Shown: in pieces, positions 53,201-64,000 of the stretch
Layout of the letters: every line of letters begins with the position of its first letter
How positions within the stretch are numbered: the first letter of the stretch is position 1
NCBI GenBank assembly: GCA_002633005.1
Contig: NMRA01000107.1
Span: 923,414-987,413, forward strand
DNA: 64,000 bases
Origin: Phoronis australis
Lineage: Eukaryota > Animalia > Phoronida
Direction of reading: 5' to 3'
Notes under the pieces: model-generated
Seen by the model: only the letters and a program-made list of their open reading frames with translations
What the model was told of the DNA's origin: nothing
Databases searched by the model: none
Program-made: the position numbers and the translations under genes

Positions 53201-54108
53201 GTTCTTGTTATAATAGAAACAATTGAAAAAAATAACTCACACATACACACCTACGCCCGCACGATGGCACACACACACACCTACTTAAGCATTTATGAGT
53301 CATTTCTTGAAAGTTACGTAAACACTAAACCTATCATTTAGGCCAAATGTAACTTCTTTAAGTGAAATAGTATAACATGACTTTATCACCCAAAATGTGT
53401 TGTCAAAACACTCTAGGCATGTAGCACGATAGGTTGTTGAAATTGGTTTTACGACTGGAATTGCAAAAATAAAAGAGGCTTCTCCCGGATCGACCCAGGA
53501 GTACAGGTCGGTGCTGATAAAAATGAACAAATGGCACGATAGCTGTCGGGTTTGTGGATTAACTTTGCCGAGTAATCGCCGCTTGTATAGAATTGTACCT
53601 CAGGTGAATGTCGCTTAATAAACTTCAATAACAATTAAAATGCAAATACAGCTATGAAATTAGGCTTGAATTGATAACTGCACAAAATCAGTCAAGCACG
53701 CAGCGGGTAAACACCACTGCAAGCCTCGCAGCTACTCTCGCGGTTGCAAGGTTTAATAAGAGAGGACATATATACGTCGGTCACGTGTCGGAGTTGGCAT
53801 TCCAGTGACAGGACTCTACAGTTTTGGAACAGAATATTTTTGGTGAGAACTGATACAAATATTGCAGCCCAGTTTCCACTGGGTTTCAAATAGAGTGTAT
53901 CCACCGCTTTGGTATTCGCTAACAAAATTCAAACTGCCACCAATTCAAACTTCAACGTTATCGTTTAATTAATGAATCCTCCCACCACGTGCCATATTTC
54001 TCTGCATTTGGCCACCGTTCGTCATTGCGATTGTGTTGTCCACTGCAACAGCCTATTACGACCGTTTGTTTTGATAACGTGACAAAGGTTATGTCGAAAG
54101 AAACCTAC

Positions 54109-54266
54109 CGGTCGGGATCATGTACAGAGGGGTAATAGTTACACACGAAGAAGAACTGGTCGGGAATTTCTCTGCTAAATGTTTTTGTGTCGCTGTTGTA
54201 GCCTCCATAAGCTTTCTTGCAATACTTATATCCACAGCCAACTTTGTGTGTCTTCTGCCATGCCAT
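54109..54266 (-). CDS. CAP/SCP gene B, exon 4
   Basis: MAWQKTHKVGCGYKYCKKAYGGYNSDTKTFSREIPDQFFFVCNYYPSVHDPD+CG; 158 nt as in gene A; AG acceptor, GTAGGT donor, phase 2 out. Confidence 0.92.
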
Positions 54267-54509
54267 CTACGATGAGAAAAACGACGTTTTCAGTATAGGA
54301 AGAGTTCATTGTCAATGTTGTACAAACGTTTGGGTTCAATGCTCCTTAGCAACAGATTGGCTTAGCGACAGCACTGTTGTGTACAGCATTGTCGGGAAAC
54401 GTTCAAACTGTTAAACAAGCATACAATTTTGTTGTTAATGTTGGAATGAGTATGAGACAAGTGGGAATTCAAACTGGTGTCTATGTTTAAACACGGCCTC
54501 GTTCAGCGC

Positions 54510-56579
54510 TGTGAGTCGTTTTTGGTAATTTGCGATAATTCAGGGTGATCAGAAGCTTGATTATGCCGATTTTTGTATCTACGTGCTGCGTATGACTCTT
54601 AGAAAACTATGGTAGCATTTGATACGACCTATCTTCTCACGCTCTTGATTTTGACCACATTTTCGTTGGCTCAAGAAAACCCACTGAAATCGGGCTGTGA
54701 CGTCACTTGGCGGGACAATCAGCGTGAGTCTATTCAATGCAGGCTCCCCTCTGTACAGTCATCTGCCTATATAATGGACAACTTAGCTGAAAGCCTTAAC
54801 AATGGCATGATGAAAACTCCGGATCAAGCAATGACTGAAAACCAGGGGGCTCTACATGATGATACAACAGCAGTCGTATACTAACGTGAAAGTGCATTGT
54901 CAAGTACTTATGACTTTTATGACTACTTATTCCAAAACCACGAGAATATGTACCTCAGAGATACGGACAAAGATTCTACCAGGGCCTCAATGGACATTTC
55001 AACTATGCGATCCCGAGCAGTCTTCATTAAAGGTCGCTAAGGGTCTTCGTATTGCTCACTTAAACATCATTTCCCTCCTAGTTCGGGTTGATCCCTAAAT
55101 CAAAGAGCTTTGTCATTGGTGCGGTTTATAGACCACCATCGTCAAATGCGGATCACCTGGAAACGCTAACAGGTCATTTTAAAAATATTTTTGGCAATCA
55201 AAACTGCAAAGCCAGTGACTTTGTTATTACTGGTGATTTTAACTTAGATGCCCTCTCCAAAAACCTAGTACAAAGATTAAATTTTGGGAGCTTATGCTTC
55301 GTTAACAAAATGTTACACACATGCCAACCAGAGCAACTGACAAAACATCAACTTGTTTAGATTTAATTCTTGTGTCTAATGTTAACAAGGTAAACTCTCG
55401 TGGAATCACAACCTGATATACACAAGTTACAAATTTATACGTCCGAAACACCCCTCGGATAATAACTACCCGCTACTACCGTAACTTTGATAGTTCTGAT
55501 TTTGTTAACGCGCTATATAACATTGACTGGGTGGCGTTAGCATCAAGTGGTGATCCTGAGGCTATGAGGACAGAATTTAAGAAAACTTTCTGTGGTGTTT
55601 TGGATAAACATGCACCTATTATCCAGGTGAGAATCAAGGGTATATCGCCCCTTTGTTACAACGAAGACCTAATTTTACTGTCTCGCAGACGCGATTGTCT
55701 TAAACGTATTGCTCAACGTTCGCGTAATACTTGTGACTGGAACAAATTCAAAACAGCGCATAATGTAACAAATAAGGTAACAAAACAGGCCAAGGCAGAT
55801 TATTATAATAATTAAATAATGACAACAAATCGGATGGTAAATCCTTATGGAAAATTATGAAGTCTGGTTCTCCAGGGAAATCGAATACTAAAATCGCTGA
55901 ACTGATTACGGATGATGGCATGACATCTGATAACGCAGTCATGGCTAATACCTTTAACGATTTTTTCACGAATATTGGCCATAACCTAGCCCGAAAATTT
56001 GGAAACACCAGTCATTTATTTCCAACCCCGGTCAGCGAAGAGATAACCTTTAAATTCCATGACGCTAAGTTTGTTTTCCAGCAACTCAAATCAATGGATG
56101 GCAATTCTGCTACTGGAATAGGTGGCATAAGTACTAAAATACTAAAAATATCTGCTGAGACAATATCTCAGCCCATTACTTCACTGATCAATTTATAATT
56201 TAAAACATCAACCATACCATCAAACTGGCAATCGGCCGTTGTTACTCCACTTTTCAAAGACGGTGGCAAATCAATGCTGCGGAAATTACAGATCCATTCC
56301 AATTCTGCCATCTATGCCACAAATCCTTGAAAAATGGGTACACAAACAACTTCATTCTTCCTTCCAAACGAACAACCTCTTGACTGATGCCCAGTATGGT
56401 TTCCAACCATTCCGTTCAACATTAACTGCTAACTTTGATGTCACTGACCATTTTATACAAATATGAATCAAGGATTATTGACTGGTGCTGCTTTAATTTA
56501 TCTAAAGAAGGCATTTGACACCCACGACCACACTCTCTTGTTAAAGAAGCTAAAAGCCTATGGGGTCGCCGATGTCGAA
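54510..56579 (+). mobile_element. CR1/L2-group LINE ORF2 remnant inserted antisense in gene B intron 3
   Basis: GLRIAHLNIISL, VIGAVYRPPSS, ITGDFNLD (endonuclease); NYRSIPILP..ILEK, QYGFQPFRST, LKKAFDT.DH.LLLKKL.AYGV (RT). Absent from gene A; cut at N56580. Confidence 0.9.
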
Positions 56580-57179
56580 NATTTAACTTGGTATGACATC
56601 AAATGTACATGTTAATGCGGTCACCTACAGCCCAGTCAACTTGGAGTTCGATTCTGACAATAAAAAAATAGTATGTCAATTTTCTTAATTTAGAAATCAT
56701 CACTATTGATTTTGTCTCAGAATCGACTTACGGAACAGATTACTAGTCGTTCTGAATACTTTATCAGATTGCGTGCAGCTTGCGCTAAACTGTACATATC
56801 GCACAGAACTTCAAACACTTGGACCTATTGCAGAGTTCGAACTCCGCGCAACTGGGTAATTTTTGAAGAGAGACTGCAGCTTCATCATGCCAGTGTCAAA
56901 ATGTATATGTATCCTGTGTCATGTGCTTGATGTGCTGAGCAGGTGCCAAACAATTTTGCGATAGGTATACATTCGACCTTTGCTGCCTGGCAGAAATTTC
57001 TAGCTATACAACAGCAACAACTTATCAGCAATACTACATTAGTCATACATCAGACTAGCTTCTGCAGAGGCTTGATATAATATGAGTTTCAACATCTCTA
57101 AGGTACCAGCTTCTTACATGACTCATTGAATTGTGCCGAAAGAGTGTTTTTCCCGACTGAATCGCATGTACCACACTGA

Positions 57180-57310
57180 CATTCCCCACTCTCGTGCGAC
57201 GCACAAACGGGTGACATTTCTGTGCAACTTTCACGTATTCAGTAAATTTGAACGCAGAGACGTTCACAGTCAAATTGCTGTTACTACATCCTAAACAAAC
57301 GCACCTGACT
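57180..57310 (-). pseudogene. THAP-domain transposase relic in gene B intron 3
   Basis: VRCVCLGCSNSNLTVNVSAFKFTEYVKVAQKCHPFVRRTR; same intron position as 7650-7795. Confidence 0.65.
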
Positions 57311-58237
57311 GAAAAAGGCTGTTCGCCTCGGACTTTCCTCACAACTTCTCAGTATCGCACTGGTAAAAATAAAAACGGCGGAGACGGTCTTCCACCCGAT
57401 AACAAAAATGTATTTTTTAAAATTTTTGGCTTGCTTCGTAGCATCAGGTATACTAAACGCTATCGATAAAATTCTTTTTAAGACACAGGTACATGGTAAG
57501 AACTCTTTAAAAACAAGGTGGGACGTCTGTAGATGACTTCCATATCACACGCAAAGCACACGTCGAAATTCTGATCGTGTGAACACATTTATCTGCATAA
57601 GTAATACGGCGAGTATATCTGCACGGGAATCAAGCCCATTGAAATTTTTTATGGTTCACTAAAAACTTTGACTATTTACAATTTGCTCGCAACTTCGTCA
57701 TTTGCATCGTTACCTACAACACTGAACTCGTGAACAAAAGCATTCTCTTGGCTAAATGTCTGGTCACTACCAATTATAATATAACGTCATTCGGTCAAAA
57801 AGTAAGATTGGCAGACAATGTGTATCGTCGTTGTTGGAGAAATGCAAACAGAGGTGTATTATAACCGAGTAAGGTCGCTCATGAATATCAATTCCATGAT
57901 TGATGTCCACTTCACAAAATTGGTTAGAAGTTGCCAGTGACGGCCATTTAATTGTGTTTCAGCTGAGCATTGGTTTGTTGAAAGAGTGATTTCTTCTGTT
58001 GCTAAAACGTCAAACAAATTTTCGTAATGGTCCCATACATGTACAATAACGAAATCACGTTTGAGGAAGTTTTTGTTTTTATTACACTCTTGACTAGTAG
58101 TTGTATGCCCCACTCCTGGACTCTGTGAAAGATCCCTTTGGATACTCTTTCGTTTGTATATGGCAATTTGTGTAATTGAATTTTACGTATCAAAATAACC
58201 AGCGTTTGCGGACGTGTGCCAAGTAAATCATACGCAC

Positions 58238-58424
58238 CTGCAAGTAGTGCCCGCATATTCTACCAGAATCACAGGTGGCTGTATTGTAGTTGTACTGAGT
58301 CTTCTCTTGCCACCAACCGAGAATTTCTGATGCAAAGTTAATCTTGTGATTGAAGGCAGTGGAACCATATCGCAAGTTTTGTCCACTCTGTTTCGATGAC
58401 AAGTACGACACTCTTGGGCAGTAA
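58238..58424 (-). CDS. CAP/SCP gene B, exon 3
   Basis: YYCPRVSYLSSKQSGQNLRYGSTAFNHKINFASEILGWWQEKTQYNYNTATCDSGRICGHYLQ; ttttttgttcAG acceptor and GTGCGT donor; one codon longer than in gene A. Confidence 0.93.
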
Positions 58425-59640
58425 CTGAACAAAAAACTTCTGTTTATCAGGAAAGAGTGATGCATAGTCCACCAATTTTTTCACTTCTTTTCGATAAAGA
58501 ATTCGACAACTAGGAACTCAACTGCGGAAGCCATAATACTGACATTTATCTTGAGATCCTATTAAAACAGTGATAACTTCAAGTTAACTTTCAAAGATTA
58601 GACTCAAGACAAAGAAATTCAAAATTCTGGTTACGTTGAAAAAATGAAGTTATGCTGAAAAAACATCATTTGAGAACATGCTGTGATTAAACTAATTTAA
58701 GCTGAACTTAATTTTATGGAGTTTTTTTTTAAATGAATCGGAAAGAGCATCTATACAATCTTACGAGCTACAAGGTTGCAATTACCTGTACAGTGATTTT
58801 GGTGTGAACTAATCTGAATAAAGAATGATTCATTTTACGTAACAGACGTTCGGGCACATTGTAAATAGAAACTTAATTCAATTTGTGATATGGGCCTTGG
58901 CAGATATATTGGCATACACGCTGGACGGGTCTTCGGTGTACACATGTGACATTTCTGCGACTGGCAATGGGTGTGATCGTGTGTAAGTCAACATTTAAGT
59001 TAACGATAACTGAAGGAGAATCTTAAAGCTAAGGATAATGATAATGATAATGAAAACCTAAAATAAGCTCAAAACATGGCATAAGTTCATTTTAACTATT
59101 ACAACAGTGCAATGATTTTGTAAAGTAACCAACCGAAGGTTCATGTGTCCCACTTGAATCTTTTCGTGGAAAGTGGTTGGAGGTTTAATAGTTCAAGACT
59201 GAAGTTTTGTCTGAGTTAAGACCTTAATTAGTGCTTTCAAGACAGATGGTGATATTTCGCAAAAATAATTCCATGAAGACAATGTCGATATTAGGTTTTC
59301 GGTTGTGCAATAACTTGAAATAAAATTAAGCAAACTTTGGGTCACATTTCTGTCTGTTACCTGCGCCTCAGCCTTATGTTGCCGATTCAATAAATTTTGT
59401 AAGTTTTTCCAAGTAAATGCAAACATTTGCGGGTTGACAAAGTCGGCATATCATTTTTTCTTTCAGCTATTAAGTAATAAATTTGCGTCAATATCTGTTG
59501 ACAAATTGACAGCCGGGTTTCGGATCACAGTTTGGGATAAAACGGTGAACGTTTCTAGTATGACATTTAGTATCAGTCTTGGGGAAATGAAATTAATTTT
59601 AAATCGTTATGTAATCAAAAAACAGCATAGGTCTACTTAC

Positions 59641-59717
59641 TATTGGTGATAGCTACGTCTTAGTTCACACGTGTTTGCAGTCAATTGTGCGCGACCTGCT
59701 AACATGTTGTCCCATTC
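59641..59717 (-). CDS. CAP/SCP gene B, exon 2 (exon 1 beyond right edge)
   Basis: EWDNMLAGRAQLTANTCELRRSYHQ+TA; same 77-nt length and AG/GTAAGT sites as gene A exon 2. Confidence 0.92.
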
Positions 59718-60170
59718 CTACAAAGTACAGAAACGAACAGAGTTGACATGCACAAGTTGCAGGACTCTTACGTCGCCGACAATTTCGTGACGAAATGATT
59801 TGATTTTGGAAAATTCAGACGCAATATAAATTAAAACCCTTCTTTGAATCCTATGTGTACCACACGCACGTGAGGTTTTTTTCAATATGCAATTCGTCCT
59901 GTTTTTCGTGCTAAAACCAGTATTGAATTGTGTCTTTTACTCTTAAAATTGGTCTGACAATATTCCTTACCGCAACAAGATTCAATTTCCGTTATCAACT
60001 AGAATGACGAAGCTATCAACGGCTCAAGAAAACGCTTCCGAGTTAGTTGCTTAACCCTCAATTTGAAATTCGAAAATGGCGCTTGTATGCCTTACATGTA
60101 CCTGCAACTTGAGTAGCAGTCCCATTTTGCAATAATTCCAGATGGGATGAGCCTGTTAACGTTTTTGTTA

Positions 60171-60480
60171 CTTGGATTCTATTGTTGCTTCCTATGCTAT
60201 ACCTTATGGGTTAGCCATTGACAGTGAGTCACAATGTGCTAAATCCCAGCTTAAACCTCTTACTTCGTAGTGTGGTTAAACTATTCGCGTGAGCAATTCC
60301 AGCACATCATACCCGCAAGGAAATATGGATGTGGAACGGTCAAAACAAACTCTCAAATGGGTTGCGGGGGCCGCAAGATCATTTATTCGATGTTCTTGCC
60401 TTCGACAGCACTACGCAATATATTTAGGTGATGGGAAGGAAACTGCGAACGAGGTTTCTTCCCAAAGCGGATTGTTCTAA
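60171..60480 (+). mobile_element. Gypsy integrase relic (gene B intron 1)
   Basis: LDSIVASYAIPYGLAIDSESQ...SSTSYPQGNMDVERSKQTLK matches integrase 'SSPxYPQxNGxxERxVQTxK'; homolog of 19983-20110. Confidence 0.72.
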
Positions 60481-61039
60481 AACCCACTTGATTCCCACAT
60501 CACCCTATCCACGATCTCCTCAACCCACAACCCCAACGACCCACGTCGACCTCGACCCACCACCTGTGGCAATACCTAATTCACGCGGCGGACTTTAAAA
60601 TCCAAATCGAGGCTCACTGCGACAAAGAAAGCTGAAGATGACATTGCGTGAGTTAAATGGTCGGTCTTTCGAGTCCAAGCTGGACATTAAATCTTTAAAA
60701 TGTGTCGATAATTATCCACAGAGTCGTAAATATACATTAGAGAACAAGTCAAAGCACCAAAGAGTTGTCTGAAGACAGGGTATAATTTTTTTCGCGATCA
60801 AGGTTCGAAACATGAAAAGTAAATGTTACCAAACTGCGGCGATCGCAGTGTTACGGATTAGGTATCATGCTGATTGCAGGGTTTACGTTTCTTCTTGAAA
60901 ATTGTTGATAAAAAGCTTTCTACACGAATCAGGTCATCTGCTCGTATTGTTGACGAATTGAAGATATATTCGACAGTGGTAACTAATCGCATTTGGATGC
61001 CATGTGCAATTAGTCACATCTGGTTGAATTTGTTGATAA

Positions 61040-61928
61040 ATATAGATTATTACATGGCGCAGTCGTTATCCCCCGTTATCTAGAGCCCGAGTGGATTTTG
61101 GAGAATTATCGCCCGAGGTGCGTTAGCCCCGAGGGTGATAATTCTCCAAAATCCAAGAGGGCTCTAGAAAAGGGGGATAACGACTGAGAACATGTAGTAA
61201 TCTCTAATCTATTTATACCACATACTGAACTGAACGAGAAACATTGCAATGAATCGATCTACCTTTCTCGACTCGCCTCGGCTTTGTAACTACTTTCTAA
61301 GTCAGAGGCCAGGGGTCAGAGGTCGTGACCTTTTTAGAAAAGCCGAGCTATTTTTGTCAAATAGTGCTTATACTCAAAACCAACTGAAAAAAATTTAAAC
61401 AAAATAGAAATAAAGTGAAAATATAAATTAAGGTTTAGCAACTATTATAGCTTACTACACATTTGATCACGCTCAGCTTCGACCGGGAAAATATCGTCTG
61501 CTAAAGTAGGTTACCAATAGCAACTGAGTATAATGCTCAAGTGAAAGGATCCGGAAGATACGATACGAGCATTCAAATTGGAGATCGGTGATTTACAAGT
61601 GAGAGAATACGAGAGAAAAAATGAATTAAAATATCGTTTTTATAGAAATTATGCGTTTTACTTTTCATAGCGTACATGTATAATTGTCGGTGCAATGCAC
61701 TTTGCTGAACATGCGACTGGTGCGCGTGCTCATTTAAGTATTCTATTTTCACGTTCGATGACGTCAGCCGCTGAGTGGTGTAGTGGTAAAGTCGGCGACT
61801 CGAAACGCTTGAGGCCCGGGTTCGAATCCGGCCTCGGTTTCCCGCCAAAATGTTATCTCACTAGTGAGATAACTTTATGTGTTATTACACGGTTGTATCT
61901 GCCATTCAAGGCTAATATTGTGGAATAA
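61040..61928. mobile_element. Non-autonomous element with a 160-bp palindrome and asymmetric IRs (Crypton/Helentron-like)
   Basis: Palindrome 61044-61203; TTATACCACA (61213-61222) vs TGTGGAATAA (61919-61928); interrupts the host repeat that is continuous at 6050-6062. Confidence 0.7.
61770..61840 (+). ncRNA. tRNA-derived sequence (Pol III A and B boxes), probably not a functional tRNA
   Basis: A box TGGTGTAGTGG (61776-61786), B box GGTTCGAATCC (61819-61829), acceptor-like GCTGAG/CTCGGT pairing; anticodon arm irregular (8-nt loop). Confidence 0.7.
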
Positions 61929-61938
61929 AGAATATTCA

Positions 61939-63735
61939 AGGAGCATGCCACCCAAAAAACAACCTAACTTGAATCAAGTTAGATCGAGTAGTTCTAACCA
62001 CACGTACGAGCGCCTTACCTGACACCTGAGGGCAGACGGAGGTGTTGAAATTATCCAATGACGTCATCGTTTTCACATGCAGTCTGTTCAGCAGTTCACA
62101 ACACGGGTTACTGGTGTCACCTTATCGCTTAAAGTCATCGTTTAACACCAATAAATCATCAAACTTCGATGTAAAACCCTTAAAATCACACCGTGTTGTT
62201 TTTATTTCGCTCTTGCAGATTATTGATATTTGGACACAACGTAGCCTACAACGTTCGGCAGGCCAATAAGGTCCTTAGCAGGAGTTTGGGGTCTGTTCGG
62301 ATATAATTTCGAAGTATTTTCTGTGAGATACAGACATGAGAATCTAGATCTGTGTTGTTTAGACTTGTGATTTTTTTAGTTCTAAACACGAAACGCCTGT
62401 TATCCTGGCCAGTGGCTCGGAGCCCGATAGGCCCGTCGCGGCTGTCCGGATTGACTCGTTATCCCGAGCGGGCCAGTGGCTCGGAAACTGATCAGACATC
62501 ACGAACATCAACCATCCAAAGTTCAGTGGAAACTAAACTTACAGTCAAGAAAATACTATGCTAGTGAGCCAAAGCAATGTGCACGTGATTATGTTGGTGA
62601 ATTACCACCAAACTGCAAATCTGCTTACTCGTCGGGGTTCCGCTTTGGCCACAGCACCTTCAGGGCAGAAGTTGTGCATTGACAATCATTATTTGAGTAA
62701 TGTAAATGTAAATAAAGATTCCCCTAACACCTGGCCGTGGGATGGAAACCGAGTTGTTTCACAACAGTTTCTGCCAGAAAACACGAAATTAGCTGAGCTC
62801 ACACGGCCTCGGTGTCCCGTCATTGCACCTAAAGCCGGTAACGCAGTGATTTATTCATTGCTGGCTTCTCAAATCATTTGCACTCACGAACACTCCAAAG
62901 GCATTAAAAATTGCATCTAATGAGACAGACTTTGTTTCAGTTTTATACAAGTATTGGTTAGGTGAGAATAATTCATTTTGAAACAGAACGCTCAGTAATA
63001 AACGCCAACATGGCAACTCGCAATCCCGACTTAGGACGAGCTAGAGCTCATTACTCCCGACTTCCCAGGTTGATCGTTAAGTTTTGCAGGCTCTCAATTC
63101 GCACAGGAATACAGTGATGAAGAAATACTAGAGAGGGGCCGTGAACAAGCTCAGACAATGGAACTTATGGAGNATGGCAACTCGCAATCCCGACTTAGGA
63201 CGAGCTAGAGCTCATTACTCCCGACTTCCCAGGTTGATCGTTAAGTTTTACAGGCTCTCAATTCGCACAGGAATACAGTGATGAAGAAATACTGGAGAGG
63301 GGCCGTGAACAAGCTCAGACAATGGAACTTATGGAGTTATTTGGTAAGCCAGCATTCGTCAGGCACTGTCGACGTCTGCAGGCCACAGACACGGAGATGT
63401 TTCACGGCTTCACACTTACTATTTACAGCTTACATGTCATTATTCACTACCATGAGCCACTTCCTCAGCATTTCGGACTCTCGACAAAGCAAACAAAAAC
63501 GATATATCCGCTTTCCTCGCAGCTGCTTTGTTCGGACAAGCGGGAACGATGCACCGCAACATAGCGGCATTCACTCTGCATATGAACCACTGACGTCGCT
63601 AGCGTCGTATCTCATCTTCCTCACAGGTTAACGCGGCACCTCTTGACAAGGTAAAGTCGACCGTATGCGAGGCGATGTACATGTAGACCGATTAAGACGG
63701 CAAAAAAGACTAATTAAATCGGGTGGCATTCTCCT
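61939..63735. mobile_element. Kolobok-like element, copy 2 (inverted relative to copy 1)
   Basis: TIRs AGGAGCATGCCACCC / GGGTGGCATTCTCCT (14/15); flanks TTCA and TTAT; the empty homologous site has TTAA (6065-6068); FAGSQFAQEYSDEEILERGREQAQ relic on +. Confidence 0.88.
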
Positions 63736-64000
63736 TTATCATCAAGCATATATCCTAGGTCCTGGTGAGGTAGGGACTACCGGGACTAACAGTTTTTTTC
63801 ATTGATCTGAAAGAATAATTGATGTTAATAAATATATTTTTTATTAAAATAATGAAAACCAGGTTCGTCATTGAAAATAAAAATTATTTGCCATCAATTC
63901 TGCTTTCTTGTTTTTAATAATTCTTACGTCTATTCCATGTGTTAGGTTTCAAATATCTTCTGGAACAAGTTGAATTTTAAAATTAAAATACCTAATTCGT

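Noticed and set aside
54609-54884. 91-aa ORF with a signal-peptide-like N-terminus (MVAFDTTYLLTLLILTTFSLAQE)
   Set aside because: It lies in the 5' part of the B-specific LINE insertion, directly upstream of the endonuclease remnant, with no independent gene structure.
61770-61840. Functional tRNA gene
   Set aside because: The anticodon loop is 8 nt, the T-stem is irregular, and it is embedded in a repeat element.

Overview
This is AT-rich eukaryotic (metazoan, probably marine invertebrate) draft-assembly DNA. It has spliceosomal introns, two N gaps and several single-N contig joins flanked by near-identical duplicates (likely haplotype overlaps). I see no prokaryotic operons, rRNA or CRISPR. 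The main content, mostly missed by the ORF track because it is split into small exons, is a tandem pair of minus-strand paralogous genes for secreted CAP/SCP (CRISP-like) proteins. Gene A has exons 1-4 in the window (signal peptide + CAP; 25298 down to 4141, continuing off the left edge). Gene B has exon 2 onward (59717 down to ~45025, exon 1 off the right edge) and reconstructs with consistent splice phases as CAP + EGF + EGF + ShKT/ICR-like. Its two EGF exons come from a recent 301-bp tandem duplication. Introns and intergenic DNA are filled with decayed TEs: CR1/L2-, RTE-, RTE-X- and I-group-like LINEs, Gypsy integrase and hAT transposase relics, MITEs, TTAA-flanked Kolobok-like elements with THAP and P2X7-ballast-like remnants, and a long-palindrome element carrying a tRNA-derived segment. 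All calls come from manual reading and translation; no database searches were run.
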